Below the pieces are notes generated by a model, which was given only the letters and a program-made list of their open reading frames with translations, made no database searches and was not told the origin of the DNA. 64,000 nucleotides of DNA. Origin: Patescibacteria group bacterium. Its GTDB lineage: Bacteria; Patescibacteriota; UBA1384; XYA2-FULL-43-10; 1-14-0-10-43-13. The translations under genes were made by a program, and so were the position numbers. The stretch is taken from assembly GCA_041671645.1 (NCBI GenBank), contig JBAZBD010000001.1, positions 735,234 through 799,233 of the forward strand. The letters run 5' to 3'. Below are positions 30,289-40,670 of the stretch, in pieces. Every line of letters begins with the position of its first letter. The stretch's first letter is position 1.

Positions 30289-31242
30289 ATGAACATTATT
30301 TCAGCAAAAGGAATTACAAAAAATTTCAGCAAGTCAAAGTTTGACTGGCGACATTTGAAAATTAACAAAGAAGACCATATCGCCGTCAGTGGTCTCGATC
30401 TTGAAATTGAAGAGGGCGAGTTCGTCGGTTTTTTGGGGCCCAACGGCGCCGGCAAAACAACTTTTCTGAAGATCCTATCGGGGATTGTGCACCCGACAAA
30501 AGGTGAAGCCAAAGTATTGGGATTTGTCCCCTGGGCCAGAGATTATAAATATCTCCGCCAGATCGCCATCGTGATGGGCCAGAAAAATCAACTTTGGTGG
30601 GATATCCCAGCGATTGATTCCTACCAAATGCTTCAGGCCGTCTACGACATTCCAAATGATATTTATAAGAAAAATCTGGATGAGATGGTAACGGCGCTGG
30701 ACATGAAGGAGCTTTTGACCAAACGGCTTCGAGAGATGTCGCTCGGAGAGAGAATGAAGTGCGAGTTAGTCGCCTGCTTCTTGCATAATCCGAAAGTGAT
30801 ATTTCTGGACGAACCGACGATTGGGCTGGATGTTGTCTCATCGCAGACAATTCGCGCTTTTTTGAAAAAAATTAATCGCGAGAAAAAGTGCACGCTCATC
30901 CTGACCAGCCACTACATGGGTGATATCGAAGAGCTTTGCGAAAGAGTCGTCATAATTAATAAAGGGCAAAAGGTCTACGACGGTAATCTCAATAAGCTGA
31001 AAGAACAGTACGCGCCAGAAAAAATCATCGAGATTTATCTCGAAACAATAGAGGAAAAGAAAAAATTCGCGCATCTAGACACCGCCAAGAAGAAGCTTGA
31101 TGGCCACAAGGGAATTATAAGAGTTAAGAAAACTGAGCTAGGGCAGATAGTCAAAGAAGTATATAGCACTTTTGACGCCGAAAATATTTCAATCAGCGAC
31201 CCTGATATGGAAGAAATAGTACGAAAAATATTTAAACAATAA
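30289..31242 (+). CDS. ABC transporter ATP-binding protein
   Basis: GPNGAGKT, MSLGERMK, FLDEPT. Confidence 0.93.
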   Translation: MNIISAKGITKNFSKSKFDWRHLKINKEDHIAVSGLDLEIEEGEFVGFLGPNGAGKTTFLKILSGIVHPTKGEAKVLGFVPWARDYKYLRQIAIVMGQKNQLWWDIPAIDSYQMLQAVYDIPNDIYKKNLDEMVTALDMKELLTKRLREMSLGERMKCELVACFLHNPKVIFLDEPTIGLDVVSSQTIRAFLKKINREKKCTLILTSHYMGDIEELCERVVIINKGQKVYDGNLNKLKEQYAPEKIIEIYLETIEEKKKFAHLDTAKKKLDGHKGIIRVKKTELGQIVKEVYSTFDAENISISDPDMEEIVRKIFKQ

Positions 31243-31266
31243 GCGTTAGGCTGATAAAATATTCGC

Positions 31267-31650
31267 TTATTTGGCTTTATCCAATATCGATTTGATTTTG
31301 TTGACAACGTCCAGCGGCAAGGCTTCCGATTTGGCGATGTAATCAGCCGCGCCGAGGCTTATGCCCTGTCGTTTCTTCTGCTCATCTGATAGTGCGGAGA
31401 GAACAATAACGGGGATACCGGCCGTTTCCGGATTAGCTTTGATCTGCTTCAATACATCAAAACCGTTGATCTTGGGCATCATCACATCCAGCAACACTAT
31501 ACTTGGTTTCGAAGACTTAACCTGTGATAGAGCCTCCTCGCCGTCCTTTGCCTCGACAACAATAGCGCCCTCGGCCTTGATCCGAGCGACATACATTTCG
31601 AGCAACATTGGGTCATCGTCAACGATCAGAACAACATATCCTTCTAGCAT
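31267..31650 (-). CDS. Single-domain response regulator
   Basis: VDDD, LLDVMMP, K; receiver fold. Confidence 0.9.
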   Translation of the reverse strand: MLEGYVVLIVDDDPMLLEMYVARIKAEGAIVVEAKDGEEALSQVKSSKPSIVLLDVMMPKINGFDVLKQIKANPETAGIPVIVLSALSDEQKKRQGISLGAADYIAKSEALPLDVVNKIKSILDKAK

Positions 31651-31664
31651 ATAAACCTCTCGAT

Positions 31665-33254
31665 TTAATATTCCATTTCTTCTTTTTTGTTGTTCACAAA
31701 TTTGAGCCAGGAATTTAGAAGTTTGATAATAGTCTTGAGCGGAGCTTCGATAATAAAGTCGAGGAACAGGATAGCCGGGTTGAAAGCGGCGAATCGGTCT
31801 GAAATATGTCTGCCTATCTTGATAAACGGCAGGAAAGCTAGCTCGACTATTGTAGTAATCGCGTCATCTCGGGATCGTTTCATTGCCAATTCTAGAGCAA
31901 TATTTCTGATTCTAAATGAGAAAAATGAAACAACAGAGACGAAGAAGAAGAAAAAGAAGATGCTGACAATGTTGAACTTGAGCCAAAGAAGCAACCAGAT
32001 CGCCATCGCGAGGATAGTCAATGTGAGCAATGTATAGATAGCGTTAAAAACAATGAACGACGTTGGCTTCCGGGTCGAGACGAGAGGGACTGGTTTTTCC
32101 AAAATTTTGTCCCCGGAGATAATCTCATTTGCAGTTTTGGCAATCAGAATTTGATTTTTGGCCGGTGGTGTCTTGATGAAGGTGCCAGCCAGGAGCATCA
32201 GGATCGGCGGTAGTGATACATTGATAATGAGGGAGGTATAATCGACGTGCCCAGCAAAAAACTTGTCGAAAGGCACCTCTACGAAGAAAGCGAGGGAAAT
32301 CTTGGTAATAAAAATGAAGATCAAGGCGCGAATAGTACCGCGCATGACCTTCTCTCGTCCCTTTTTGACCAAAATGTCATATTCATGCATCATCGCATCA
32401 TGAAGAACAGAAGGCTTGTCTTTCATCCGCTGAAGGTCAAAGTTCTTAGTCGAAAGCACACTCTTGAGCAAGATAAAAGGTGGAATAAACCGTTTGGTGA
32501 AGCCCTGGTAGTTCTTGCGAAGTGGATGATTTAGAACACGTTCGATTTTGTTGTAGAATGGATCGAAGCTACGGCAAGACCCCTTCAGCTCCTCCAGGTC
32601 CATGTCATTCCAGTTCGGGTATACGTGTTCGAGTATCCAATATTCGGCCAAAGGATAATCAGGCTTGAAAAGCGAATTATAGATTACGATCTTGAGCTGA
32701 AGTTCGTTGTCGCTTTCTAGGACTTTGCTGTCAGTAAGATCAAGATTTTTCTTCAAAAAGTTATAGGTAAAATCTATCAGAAGATTTTTTTCTGGCTCGG
32801 GCCGGAAAATCTCATCTAGCGCACAGCCGAACCAATCGATGATTTTGCGCTGCAGATCTTGTTTCTTGAATCTGCCAGAACGTGCGACATGTAAAACTGT
32901 AAGATATCGTTCGATGACAGTCTTGATTGCGGCGACTTCAGAATCAACCAATTTTTCGGGATTGAGGTAATTTGCCCAGGCCAACTCACTGATCAAATCG
33001 CTAAATAGATTCTCTGCAGTAATACTGGGGGAAAGCGCGTATTTTCGGCGTAGTATTCGGGTGATAGCATTTTTGAATACCAAATGCTCTTCTTGGTATT
33101 CGACTGCAACACGGAGCTTCTCATAAACGAGGGCGGTACCGATTGTCTTGTCGTTGTCCCTCTCAAGATTCTTGGCTCCAGTAAAAAGACGGCGATACTC
33201 CTCGAGGAGATTTTCGGTATCTTTTGCTAGAAATTGTGGTTTTCTTTCGTCCAT
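31665..33254 (-). CDS. Conserved hypothetical membrane protein
   Basis: Long ORF; YEKLR.AVEYQEEH; C-terminal TMs. Confidence 0.75.
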   Translation of the reverse strand: MDERKPQFLAKDTENLLEEYRRLFTGAKNLERDNDKTIGTALVYEKLRVAVEYQEEHLVFKNAITRILRRKYALSPSITAENLFSDLISELAWANYLNPEKLVDSEVAAIKTVIERYLTVLHVARSGRFKKQDLQRKIIDWFGCALDEIFRPEPEKNLLIDFTYNFLKKNLDLTDSKVLESDNELQLKIVIYNSLFKPDYPLAEYWILEHVYPNWNDMDLEELKGSCRSFDPFYNKIERVLNHPLRKNYQGFTKRFIPPFILLKSVLSTKNFDLQRMKDKPSVLHDAMMHEYDILVKKGREKVMRGTIRALIFIFITKISLAFFVEVPFDKFFAGHVDYTSLIINVSLPPILMLLAGTFIKTPPAKNQILIAKTANEIISGDKILEKPVPLVSTRKPTSFIVFNAIYTLLTLTILAMAIWLLLWLKFNIVSIFFFFFFVSVVSFFSFRIRNIALELAMKRSRDDAITTIVELAFLPFIKIGRHISDRFAAFNPAILFLDFIIEAPLKTIIKLLNSWLKFVNNKKEEMEY

Positions 33255-33318
33255 GCGGATACTATAGCCTAAACTGGCTTTCTTTTCAAACATGTGTTAA
33301 ATTGGTACATTAAATTAT

Positions 33319-34269
33319 ATGAAACATATACCAGTATTAAAAAATGAAATTGTCAGCGCTTTCGGCTATCTCTCGAAGAGAGCAGTCTTTGTCGATGGCA
33401 CGCTTGGGGCGGCGGGACATTCGATCGCGATAGCAATCGAATCAAAAGTCAAAAGTCAAAATTCGAAAGTCATTGGGATTGATAAGGATACGACAGCGCT
33501 TGAGATTGCGAAAGAGAATATTGATAAAGCTGGGCTCAGCGATAACTTTGTACTCGTTCACGATGATTTTAAGAATATCAAACAGATTCTGACCGACCAG
33601 GGAATTGAAAAAATTGATGGCGCTCTGCTAGATCTTGGAGTTTCGTCCATGCAACTCGACGAGAGAGCGCGTGGATTTTCTTTTAATGATTTGGATCAAA
33701 ATATCGATATGCGGATGGATCAGTCAGCGGGAAGATCTGCGGCTGAAATTCTAAATATTTATTCAGAAGAAACTCTGGCCAGGATATTGAAGGAGTACGG
33801 GGACGAGAGATACGCCAGAAATATCGCTCGAAATATTCTAGTATTCCGTAAGGACAACAAAATTAAAACTGTAAGAGATTTTGTCGAGATCATCAGCCAC
33901 TCTATCCCCCCAAAAGTCAAAGCTACTAGCAAGATTCACTTCGCCACCAGATCGTTCCAAGCGATTCGAATTGAGGTAAATGCCGAGCTCAGAGATTTGG
34001 ACAAAGCCATATCGAAATATGTTGAATTTTTAAATCCAGGTGGCAAGCTCGCGGTTATTTCTTTCCACTCCCTCGAAGACGAAATTGTCAAAAGAACATT
34101 TCGCAAGCTATCTGGGCTCTGTGAATGCCCACCAAAAATGCCCTGCATATGCGGACAAAACGAGATTATTGAGATACTAACCAGAAAACCCGTTACCGCT
34201 GCTGATCAAGAAATTACCGAAAACCCTCGGTCCCGAAGTGCCAAACTCAGGATCGCGAAGAAAATTTAG
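33319..34269 (+). CDS. rsmH: 16S rRNA m4C1402 methyltransferase
   Basis: HIPVL, DGTLG..GHS, DLGVSSMQLD, FHSLED, NPRSRSAKLR. Confidence 0.96.
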   Translation: MKHIPVLKNEIVSAFGYLSKRAVFVDGTLGAAGHSIAIAIESKVKSQNSKVIGIDKDTTALEIAKENIDKAGLSDNFVLVHDDFKNIKQILTDQGIEKIDGALLDLGVSSMQLDERARGFSFNDLDQNIDMRMDQSAGRSAAEILNIYSEETLARILKEYGDERYARNIARNILVFRKDNKIKTVRDFVEIISHSIPPKVKATSKIHFATRSFQAIRIEVNAELRDLDKAISKYVEFLNPGGKLAVISFHSLEDEIVKRTFRKLSGLCECPPKMPCICGQNEIIEILTRKPVTAADQEITENPRSRSAKLRIAKKI

Positions 34270-34296
34270 ACTTAAAATTTGATTTTAATTGATAAT

Positions 34297-34737
34297 TTAG
34301 AACTGTTTTACTCTTCGCTCCGACTCACGCTCCTGCTCTCTTTTTTTCATTACCGCCCGTTTATCATACTCTTTCTTACCACGAGCCAAAGCAATTTCTA
34401 GCTTAGCCTTGCCGCGTTTAATATAGAGTCTGAGTGGAATCAGGGCAAAACCAGCCTGGACAACCTTGCCAGCTAATTTTTCGATTTCAGACTTGTTCAA
34501 AAGTAGTTTTTTTGTGCGCTGAGGCTCGACATTATCGAAATTAAAATTCCCGCCAAGCCAAAAGGCTTCGCCGTGCAATAATTTGAGATATGAACCGGTC
34601 AAATTCACTTTCCTGGCACGAATCGCCTTGATCTCCAGACCAGTTAAGATGATTCCTGCCTCGAACTTTTCGATCATTTCATAATCGAAAAAGGCTTTCT
34701 TGTTGAGAATATTTATTTTTTCGCTAGTCTCGGTCAC
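34297..34737 (-). CDS. smpB: SsrA-binding protein
   Basis: NKKAFFDY, EAGIILTGLEIKAIR, RTKKLLL, GKKEYDKR; start codon uncertain. Confidence 0.95.
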   Translation of the reverse strand: MTETSEKINILNKKAFFDYEMIEKFEAGIILTGLEIKAIRARKVNLTGSYLKLLHGEAFWLGGNFNFDNVEPQRTKKLLLNKSEIEKLAGKVVQAGFALIPLRLYIKRGKAKLEIALARGKKEYDKRAVMKKREQERESERRVKQF

Positions 34738-35734
34738 TAGAGATCCCCCTGATCGAGTCCCACTCTTCATAAAGAACAAAGAGGATTCCCGAAACCGGTA
34801 CGGCGAGCAAAGCCCCCGTGATGCCGAGAAGTTTCCCGCCGATCAGAATCGCGACAATGATGATCGCAGGTGGCAGGCCAACTGCTTTTTGCATAATTTT
34901 GGGAACAATCAGATTGTTCTCGACTTGTTGAAGAATTATATAGAAAATTATTGTGAAAAGAGCAGACAACGGAGAAATCGTAAGTGCGACGAGCCCACCG
35001 ATGACTGCCGATAAAACTGGACCGATAATTGGCAAGAATTCTAGGACACCAGCGATGACCGCCAAGGTCAAAGCGTAAGGTATCCCAATCAATGATAGAA
35101 CAATATAGACGAAAGTACCGATAATAAGACCCAAGATCAATTGCCCCCGCATCCAATTACCAATTTTTTGAGACACCTTGTCGGTCAGTCCGACAACCAG
35201 CTCTCGCTTATTGGCAGGGATTAGGCGCCCAAAGTTGTTGCTGAAAAACTTCTCGTCAAGAAGGAAATATAAAGTGAGTACAATGATGGTAAAGAATGAG
35301 ACCACACCGCCGACCAGCGTTGTCGTGAAGCTGATGAAGCTTTGCCCAATATTGCCAAAGCCCTGAAGGAGAGATGACACTCCGTTTTCCAAAGATGGTA
35401 AATGTTCTCTCAAAAATCCAAGTTTCCCAGCGTAACTAGGTAGGTTGTCGATGAGCTGTACGCTCTGAGGAATTAGCGGCGGGAAAACAACATAGACAAA
35501 TGCGGAAATCACAGTCAGCATGATTAGCAACAGGGCTAACACGGAAGGGACCCGGCCGATCCTTTTGCTCCAAGACTTAATCACTGGTCGGAAGGCTGCG
35601 ACGAGAATCAGAACGATAAAGATGAGAACCAAAACATCTTTCAACAAGATCACAAGATAGGCCAACCCGATTACGAGGGCAAGCTTGAAAAATGTTGATA
35701 GCGAAATCTCGATTTTTAATCTTTCTGGTTTCAT
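34724..35734 (-). CDS. AI-2E family transporter
   Basis: WMRGQL, LPIIGP, QQVENNLIVPKIM. Confidence 0.9.
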   Translation of the reverse strand: MKPERLKIEISLSTFFKLALVIGLAYLVILLKDVLVLIFIVLILVAAFRPVIKSWSKRIGRVPSVLALLLIMLTVISAFVYVVFPPLIPQSVQLIDNLPSYAGKLGFLREHLPSLENGVSSLLQGFGNIGQSFISFTTTLVGGVVSFFTIIVLTLYFLLDEKFFSNNFGRLIPANKRELVVGLTDKVSQKIGNWMRGQLILGLIIGTFVYIVLSLIGIPYALTLAVIAGVLEFLPIIGPVLSAVIGGLVALTISPLSALFTIIFYIILQQVENNLIVPKIMQKAVGLPPAIIIVAILIGGKLLGITGALLAVPVSGILFVLYEEWDSIRGISSDRD

Positions 35735-35746
35735 ATTTCCCTTATA

Positions 35747-36391
35747 TTAGTTTGACACTATTTTAGCATACTTGAATGTGAAATCGCGACTGCTTTTTGG
35801 CAATGTCATTGTTTCGAGTTCAATCACTGCGATGTCTTTGTTTTTCATGTTGAGCTGTTCCAATATCCCGCCACGTCGCTCGATGGCGGATTTGAGCAAC
35901 TGGCTATTACCCAAAACCGTCACATCGAAGCTCTGATCTGGGGAGAATTGATAAAGGTCGGAATACAAAGTCAGCCTAGTCCCGTTGACCGAAATAAGGC
36001 CGGACCCGATGTTCTTGATCGCGTTGACGAGATCAACTAATTCTGGGGTGGAGAGTTTGCCTTTGATATTTATCGAGACACCCTGGCCGGTAGCTGGCAG
36101 GGAGCCATTGAGCACCTCGAATTTATCTAGATCAGATTGGTACCTCTGCCTCAGCTCCAAATTTGATTGTGAAACATTCTTGTAGGCGTCCAAGTCCCCG
36201 GTCAGTCTCTTCACCTCTTGCCTTAGATCTGAATTTGATTTGTTCAGCTTGGTGACTTCAAGAGCCAAGACAGCACTGTTTTCTGGCTCGATCAAAAGCT
36301 TGGTCTTCCTGGTTGAAATAACTTGCGAGAAAATGATCGCTCCGAACAGGAAACAGACAAATGAAATTATATAAAAATCATACTTTTTCAT
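35747..36391 (-). CDS. DUF881 family protein
   Basis: TM plus coiled coil; G.GV, ISVNG.R. Confidence 0.8.
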   Translation of the reverse strand: MKKYDFYIISFVCFLFGAIIFSQVISTRKTKLLIEPENSAVLALEVTKLNKSNSDLRQEVKRLTGDLDAYKNVSQSNLELRQRYQSDLDKFEVLNGSLPATGQGVSINIKGKLSTPELVDLVNAIKNIGSGLISVNGTRLTLYSDLYQFSPDQSFDVTVLGNSQLLKSAIERRGGILEQLNMKNKDIAVIELETMTLPKSSRDFTFKYAKIVSN

Positions 36392-37113
36392 ATATTCGAC
36401 CCCGCTGTGTTTACGGCATTTTCCGAAGAGCCAGTATAGATTGGAACTGTAATGTCATTGTTCATTACTGTTTCGAATACCAACTTCTTGTCCAGATGAC
36501 GATGATGTAAGTCGCTCAAGATATTTTGGTCGGAGAGTTTGCTGAACAAGATTTCCTCGGGACCGATCGCTTCGATGCGAAATGGCGTAGCTAGGCGAAC
36601 ATCATTGATTAGAATTGTATTGACGATGCAATCTATTGCAGTGTTCACGACTACCCGCTGGCCGTTGACCGATATCGCCTCTGCGCCGTTGGCCCACATC
36701 AGGTAGACGACATCTCTCAAATCGGCAGCGTGGACAATATTCTCTTCCGTCACGGTGCCGGATTTGCTGTCGTCAAGAGTGACTATGACTCCGGACCCGT
36801 TTAATTTTGTCACCCCAGCATTCGCCTTTTTCAGATTCAAATCAGCGATTTCCTGCCTACTAAGAACTTTCCCCTCGTTTACGGCTTGAAATTCAGCGAT
36901 CTGCTGGTGAAGGGCCTCAATCTCTTGTTTTAGTTCACTCTGTTCGCCAGAAAGGTCACCCTTTGTTTCCTTGAGGCTGGCGTACGGTGCTATTGGATTT
37001 GAAATAATTGTAGGTAAAGAACGAATTTGGGCAGAGATAAGTACGCCAAACCCTATGCTCAAAATAAGCAAAAGGGATTTTGTAACAATATTTTTGTGAT
37101 TGTTGGATTTCAT
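36388..37113 (-). CDS. DUF881 family protein
   Basis: GVIVTLDD, VHAADL, GAEAISVNGQRV, PF.IEAIG. Confidence 0.88.
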   Translation of the reverse strand: MKSNNHKNIVTKSLLLILSIGFGVLISAQIRSLPTIISNPIAPYASLKETKGDLSGEQSELKQEIEALHQQIAEFQAVNEGKVLSRQEIADLNLKKANAGVTKLNGSGVIVTLDDSKSGTVTEENIVHAADLRDVVYLMWANGAEAISVNGQRVVVNTAIDCIVNTILINDVRLATPFRIEAIGPEEILFSKLSDQNILSDLHHRHLDKKLVFETVMNNDITVPIYTGSSENAVNTAGSNI

Positions 37114-37130
37114 CTTCTTGGAGCCAAATA

Positions 37131-37222
37131 TTGGTACCCCTAATGCACTTTGCTTCGAACCTTTATTAGCATGGCTCGACCAACTTATGCGTGCTTACGA
37201 TAAAGAAAAGGACGCTGGATGA
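37131..37222 (+). other. Displaced in-frame C-terminal segment of integrase 2 (attP half)
   Basis: In integrase frame reads GT-PNALCFEPLLAWLDQLMRAYDKEKDAG*. Confidence 0.75.
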
Positions 37223-37224
37223 AT

Positions 37225-37452
37225 TTATGATAATTCTGAAACATCCAGTGTTTTTATTTTTAACAGTTTCATGATCTTCGCCAGAATATCAAGCGAAGGT
37301 TTCACCTCTCCCCTTTCGAGCCGCGCATAATAATTAACAGTAACGCCAACAACCTCTGCAACTTCTGCTTGTGTAAGATTAGCTGATTCCCTGGCCTTTC
37401 TAAACTTATTGCCAAGATCATTCAAGTTTTTATTACTGTTCAAGTTAGTCAT
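37225..37452 (-). CDS. Xre-family HTH regulator
   Basis: LTQAEVAEVVGVTVNYYARLERGEVKPS. Confidence 0.9.
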   Translation of the reverse strand: MTNLNSNKNLNDLGNKFRKARESANLTQAEVAEVVGVTVNYYARLERGEVKPSLDILAKIMKLLKIKTLDVSELS

Positions 37453-37523
37453 TCTGAGAACAATATACCAAAAATTATTTGAAATAACCAGCTCAAAAAT
37501 TATTAGACAACAAATGGAGGATC

Positions 37524-38234
37524 ATGTTTAACCAAAAACAAGCGTTTAGAGAATATCTAAACAGAAGGCAGGACGCAATTGATTCTGAGAAATCACAAGA
37601 TTCGCAAACCAGCAAATTGTTCAATGACAAAAATTTTTATAGCGCATTTACCAAAGACATGCTCAATGCTAAAAAGGAAGTCATCATTTACAGCCCATTT
37701 GTTGCCAAATTCAGAATGGACGAACTGAAACAAACTGTAGAAAAGCTTAGAAAAAGGAATATCGAAATATTCATTTTCACACGACCGACTGACGAGTATG
37801 AGACCATTTTCCAGCCTCAGATTCAGTGTGCACTTAAGCGTTATGGGGAGTTGGGGGTCAGTATTTTTTATCTTGGAGGCTCAATTCATGAAAAAGTAGC
37901 GATAATTGATCGAGAAATTCTTTGGGAAGGAAGCTTGAATATCCTCTCTCAGAGAGCAAGCAAGGAGATGATGAGAAGAACATCCAGCAAGGATTCGGCG
38001 ATGCAGATAATGTTTTATCTGGGATTAAACAAAAAGTTAGCAGAGAGCTACAAGCTTAAATACGAAAGACTGTATCGAAGTTTAATAGACAATTCAGGGC
38101 AAAATTTCAGGCAGAAAATGTACATATTTCTGTTTGGATTTACAATTGCCTTAGTGTTTTGGTGGACTCTCGTTAACTTCAGGGAGATTAAATTATTCTC
38201 CCCCTGGAATTGGCTCGTAATGAGCTTCATTTGA
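37524..38234 (+). CDS. Phospholipase D-like (single HKD) protein with C-terminal TM
   Basis: IYSPF, HEKVAIID...EGSLN. Confidence 0.8.
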   Translation: MFNQKQAFREYLNRRQDAIDSEKSQDSQTSKLFNDKNFYSAFTKDMLNAKKEVIIYSPFVAKFRMDELKQTVEKLRKRNIEIFIFTRPTDEYETIFQPQIQCALKRYGELGVSIFYLGGSIHEKVAIIDREILWEGSLNILSQRASKEMMRRTSSKDSAMQIMFYLGLNKKLAESYKLKYERLYRSLIDNSGQNFRQKMYIFLFGFTIALVFWWTLVNFREIKLFSPWNWLVMSFI

Positions 38235-40211
38235 GTTGCGTCCTGAAACAAATAGATTCTTCGGTTTAAATCCGTAAAGCGCCAAACTGCTGAAGATCAC
38301 TATAATTGAAACTCCGACGTCGGCGAAGATGGCAAAAGCCAAGTTGCTCAACCCTGATAAGGCTAGGATTACAAACAGGAACTTAATTGCCAATGCCAGG
38401 CCGATATTAAATTTGATTGTTTGTCTCACTTTTTTGCCAAGCACTATTAAAAATGGAATCTTGCCAATATTATCATCCATGATTGCAATATCGGCGTTTT
38501 CTATCGCCATATCCGAGCCGACTGACCCAAGTGTGATGCCGACATTTGAAATAGCCAGAGAAGGAGCGTCATTGATGCCATCACCAACCATGGCAACACG
38601 AGAGTATTCCTTTTTCAAATTTTGGACTTGTGTAACTTTATTTTCAGGAAGAAGAGATGAATATACTTTACTAAGGCCAATATTGCTAGCAACATATCGG
38701 GCCGTACTTTCATTATCTCCAGTTAGCATAATAGGAGTAATACCCGCTTGTTTTAGGAAGGAGATTAGTGGCTTGCTCTCGTTCCTGATTGTATCCTCGA
38801 TAGCGATAACGCCCTCGATATGGGTTTTATTGGCTACAATAATTGTAGTCTTGCCTTCTTTTTCAAATTTATCAACTGCTTTTCTTGTCTGTTCGTCAAT
38901 CTTAATTTCATTCTCAACAAATGATAAATTGCCCAGGCAAGATGTTGTCTTGCAAATTGAACAATGGCCGATAATACCCTTGCCGGAAAGCGATTTGAAA
39001 TCAGTAGCTGGCAGCACAGTCACGCCCAGCTCTCGCGCTTTGTCCAGTATTCCTTTAGCCAATGGATGACCCGAATGAATCTCTAGTCCTGCAGCGCAAG
39101 CAAGAATCTCCTTCTCACTGTATCCATTGAATGTCACAATATCAGACACTCGAATTTCGCCAGTCGTCAAAGTTCTAGTCTTATCAAAGGCAATGGCTTT
39201 GATTTTACCGAGCTCCTCTAAATATTTTCCACCTTTAATAAGTATCCCCTGCCTGTTGGCGTTACCAAGAGCAGAGAACACAGCAATCGGAGTAGAGATA
39301 ACCAAGGCACAAGGGCAAGAGATAACAAGCAAACTCAAGGCCTGAATAAACCAAGTATTGAAAGGTAATCCTAGAAAAACCACCGGAATTATTACGATAA
39401 GAGATGCAATAACCATAACTGCCGGAGTATAATATTTTGCAAATCTCTCAATAAACTCCTGGGATTTTGACTTGTTCTTATTTGCACTTGCTGTCATCTC
39501 GATAATTTTGGCGATAGTTGAATCACCTGATTTTTTCATTACCTTTATTTCTAGCGAACCATCAATATTGACTGTGCCGGCATAAACCAGATCATTCATT
39601 CCTTTGGTTTCCGGGATAGGCTCGCCCGTAATGGTTGCTTCGTCGACCAGAGAACTGCCAGATACAATAACACCGTCAAGCGCAATAGTATCACCTGGTT
39701 TAACGATAATAATATCGCCAATATTAATATCCTCGATCGGAGTTTTATCTTCATCGCCCCTTTTTAAAACTGTTTTAGGAGTTTTTTGAATTAATTCCTC
39801 AAGAGCTTTTTTGCTTTTCTTGATTCCAATTTCTTCAAGAGTCTCAGCCAGGGCAAAGAGAACGACAATTGTGACCGCTTCTTCGAATTGTCCAAGATAG
39901 AGAGCGCCAAAAACTGCGATGGTCATCAATAGATTGATACTTGAGAATTTTAGCTTCAAAAGACTTTTGATGCCGCTGACGAAGACATCTCTACCAAAAA
40001 CAATTAGAAGAATGATAGAAATCGGCAGCTCGATAAACAAAGGTATTTTTACTGATAGTAAGGACAAGATCTCCATCGGCACTATGATGGCAATCGAAAT
40101 TAAAAGCAATACGAACTTTTTGTTTTTCCAGATAGAATTGATTTCTTGTGCCTCTTGTTTTCTTGAGCAACAGTCATCGTTGCAATAATTATCGTTTTTT
40201 TGTTTTTGCAT
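38193..40211 (-). CDS. Heavy-metal P1B-type ATPase (CadA/ZntA-like)
   Basis: TGE, SCPCAL, DKT(R)T, HP, GDGINDAP; N-terminal Cys cluster. Confidence 0.92.
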   Translation of the reverse strand: MQKQKNDNYCNDDCCSRKQEAQEINSIWKNKKFVLLLISIAIIVPMEILSLLSVKIPLFIELPISIILLIVFGRDVFVSGIKSLLKLKFSSINLLMTIAVFGALYLGQFEEAVTIVVLFALAETLEEIGIKKSKKALEELIQKTPKTVLKRGDEDKTPIEDINIGDIIIVKPGDTIALDGVIVSGSSLVDEATITGEPIPETKGMNDLVYAGTVNIDGSLEIKVMKKSGDSTIAKIIEMTASANKNKSKSQEFIERFAKYYTPAVMVIASLIVIIPVVFLGLPFNTWFIQALSLLVISCPCALVISTPIAVFSALGNANRQGILIKGGKYLEELGKIKAIAFDKTRTLTTGEIRVSDIVTFNGYSEKEILACAAGLEIHSGHPLAKGILDKARELGVTVLPATDFKSLSGKGIIGHCSICKTTSCLGNLSFVENEIKIDEQTRKAVDKFEKEGKTTIIVANKTHIEGVIAIEDTIRNESKPLISFLKQAGITPIMLTGDNESTARYVASNIGLSKVYSSLLPENKVTQVQNLKKEYSRVAMVGDGINDAPSLAISNVGITLGSVGSDMAIENADIAIMDDNIGKIPFLIVLGKKVRQTIKFNIGLALAIKFLFVILALSGLSNLAFAIFADVGVSIIVIFSSLALYGFKPKNLFVSGRNSNEAHYEPIPGGE

Positions 40212-40221
40212 GCCTCACTCC

Positions 40222-40584
40222 TTATTTCTCAAGACAGTTGTGTTGGACAGCCTTGTCTATTTTAGTTTTTGGTTTTCTTTTAAGTAGTTTATTTAACTTA
40301 GCTTCATTTTCTTTCAATACACCCCTGTTTAGATGGTGAACACTAAAATATCCACGCTTATGCTCGCTTAAAACTCCAGCTTCCTTGAGTTTGCCAAGGT
40401 GATGGGAAACCAAATTTTGGGGGAGATTTAAAGCTTCGCTAATATCACAGACACATTTACAATCATGCGAAAGTAGCGTCAGAATCTTTAATCTGTTCGG
40501 ATCAGCGATAACTTTGAGAAACTTACTGATATTCTCAATCTGACTCAAATCTTCGGTATTTAAGTAATCCATTATTTTATCCAT
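40222..40584 (-). CDS. ArsR/SmtB family regulator
   Basis: ADPNRLKIL, CKCVCDI, VSHHL. Confidence 0.9.
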   Translation of the reverse strand: MDKIMDYLNTEDLSQIENISKFLKVIADPNRLKILTLLSHDCKCVCDISEALNLPQNLVSHHLGKLKEAGVLSEHKRGYFSVHHLNRGVLKENEAKLNKLLKRKPKTKIDKAVQHNCLEK

Positions 40585-40602
40585 ATCAATTTATATTGAT
40601 AT
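40583..40602. promoter_or_regulatory. Putative ArsR operator overlapping arsR start
   Basis: ATATCAAT-N4-ATTGATAT inverted repeat. Confidence 0.65.
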
Positions 40603-40670
40603 AAATATATCACAAAGAAAGAACTTGCGCAACAATATTATGAGTTTTTGGTTGGGATAGCTTGAATTAG

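Noticed and set aside
38329-39069. 246-aa + strand ORF and other long antisense ORFs (e.g. 21152-21856, 22577-23140)
   Set aside because: Shadow frames of well-supported genes on the opposite strand
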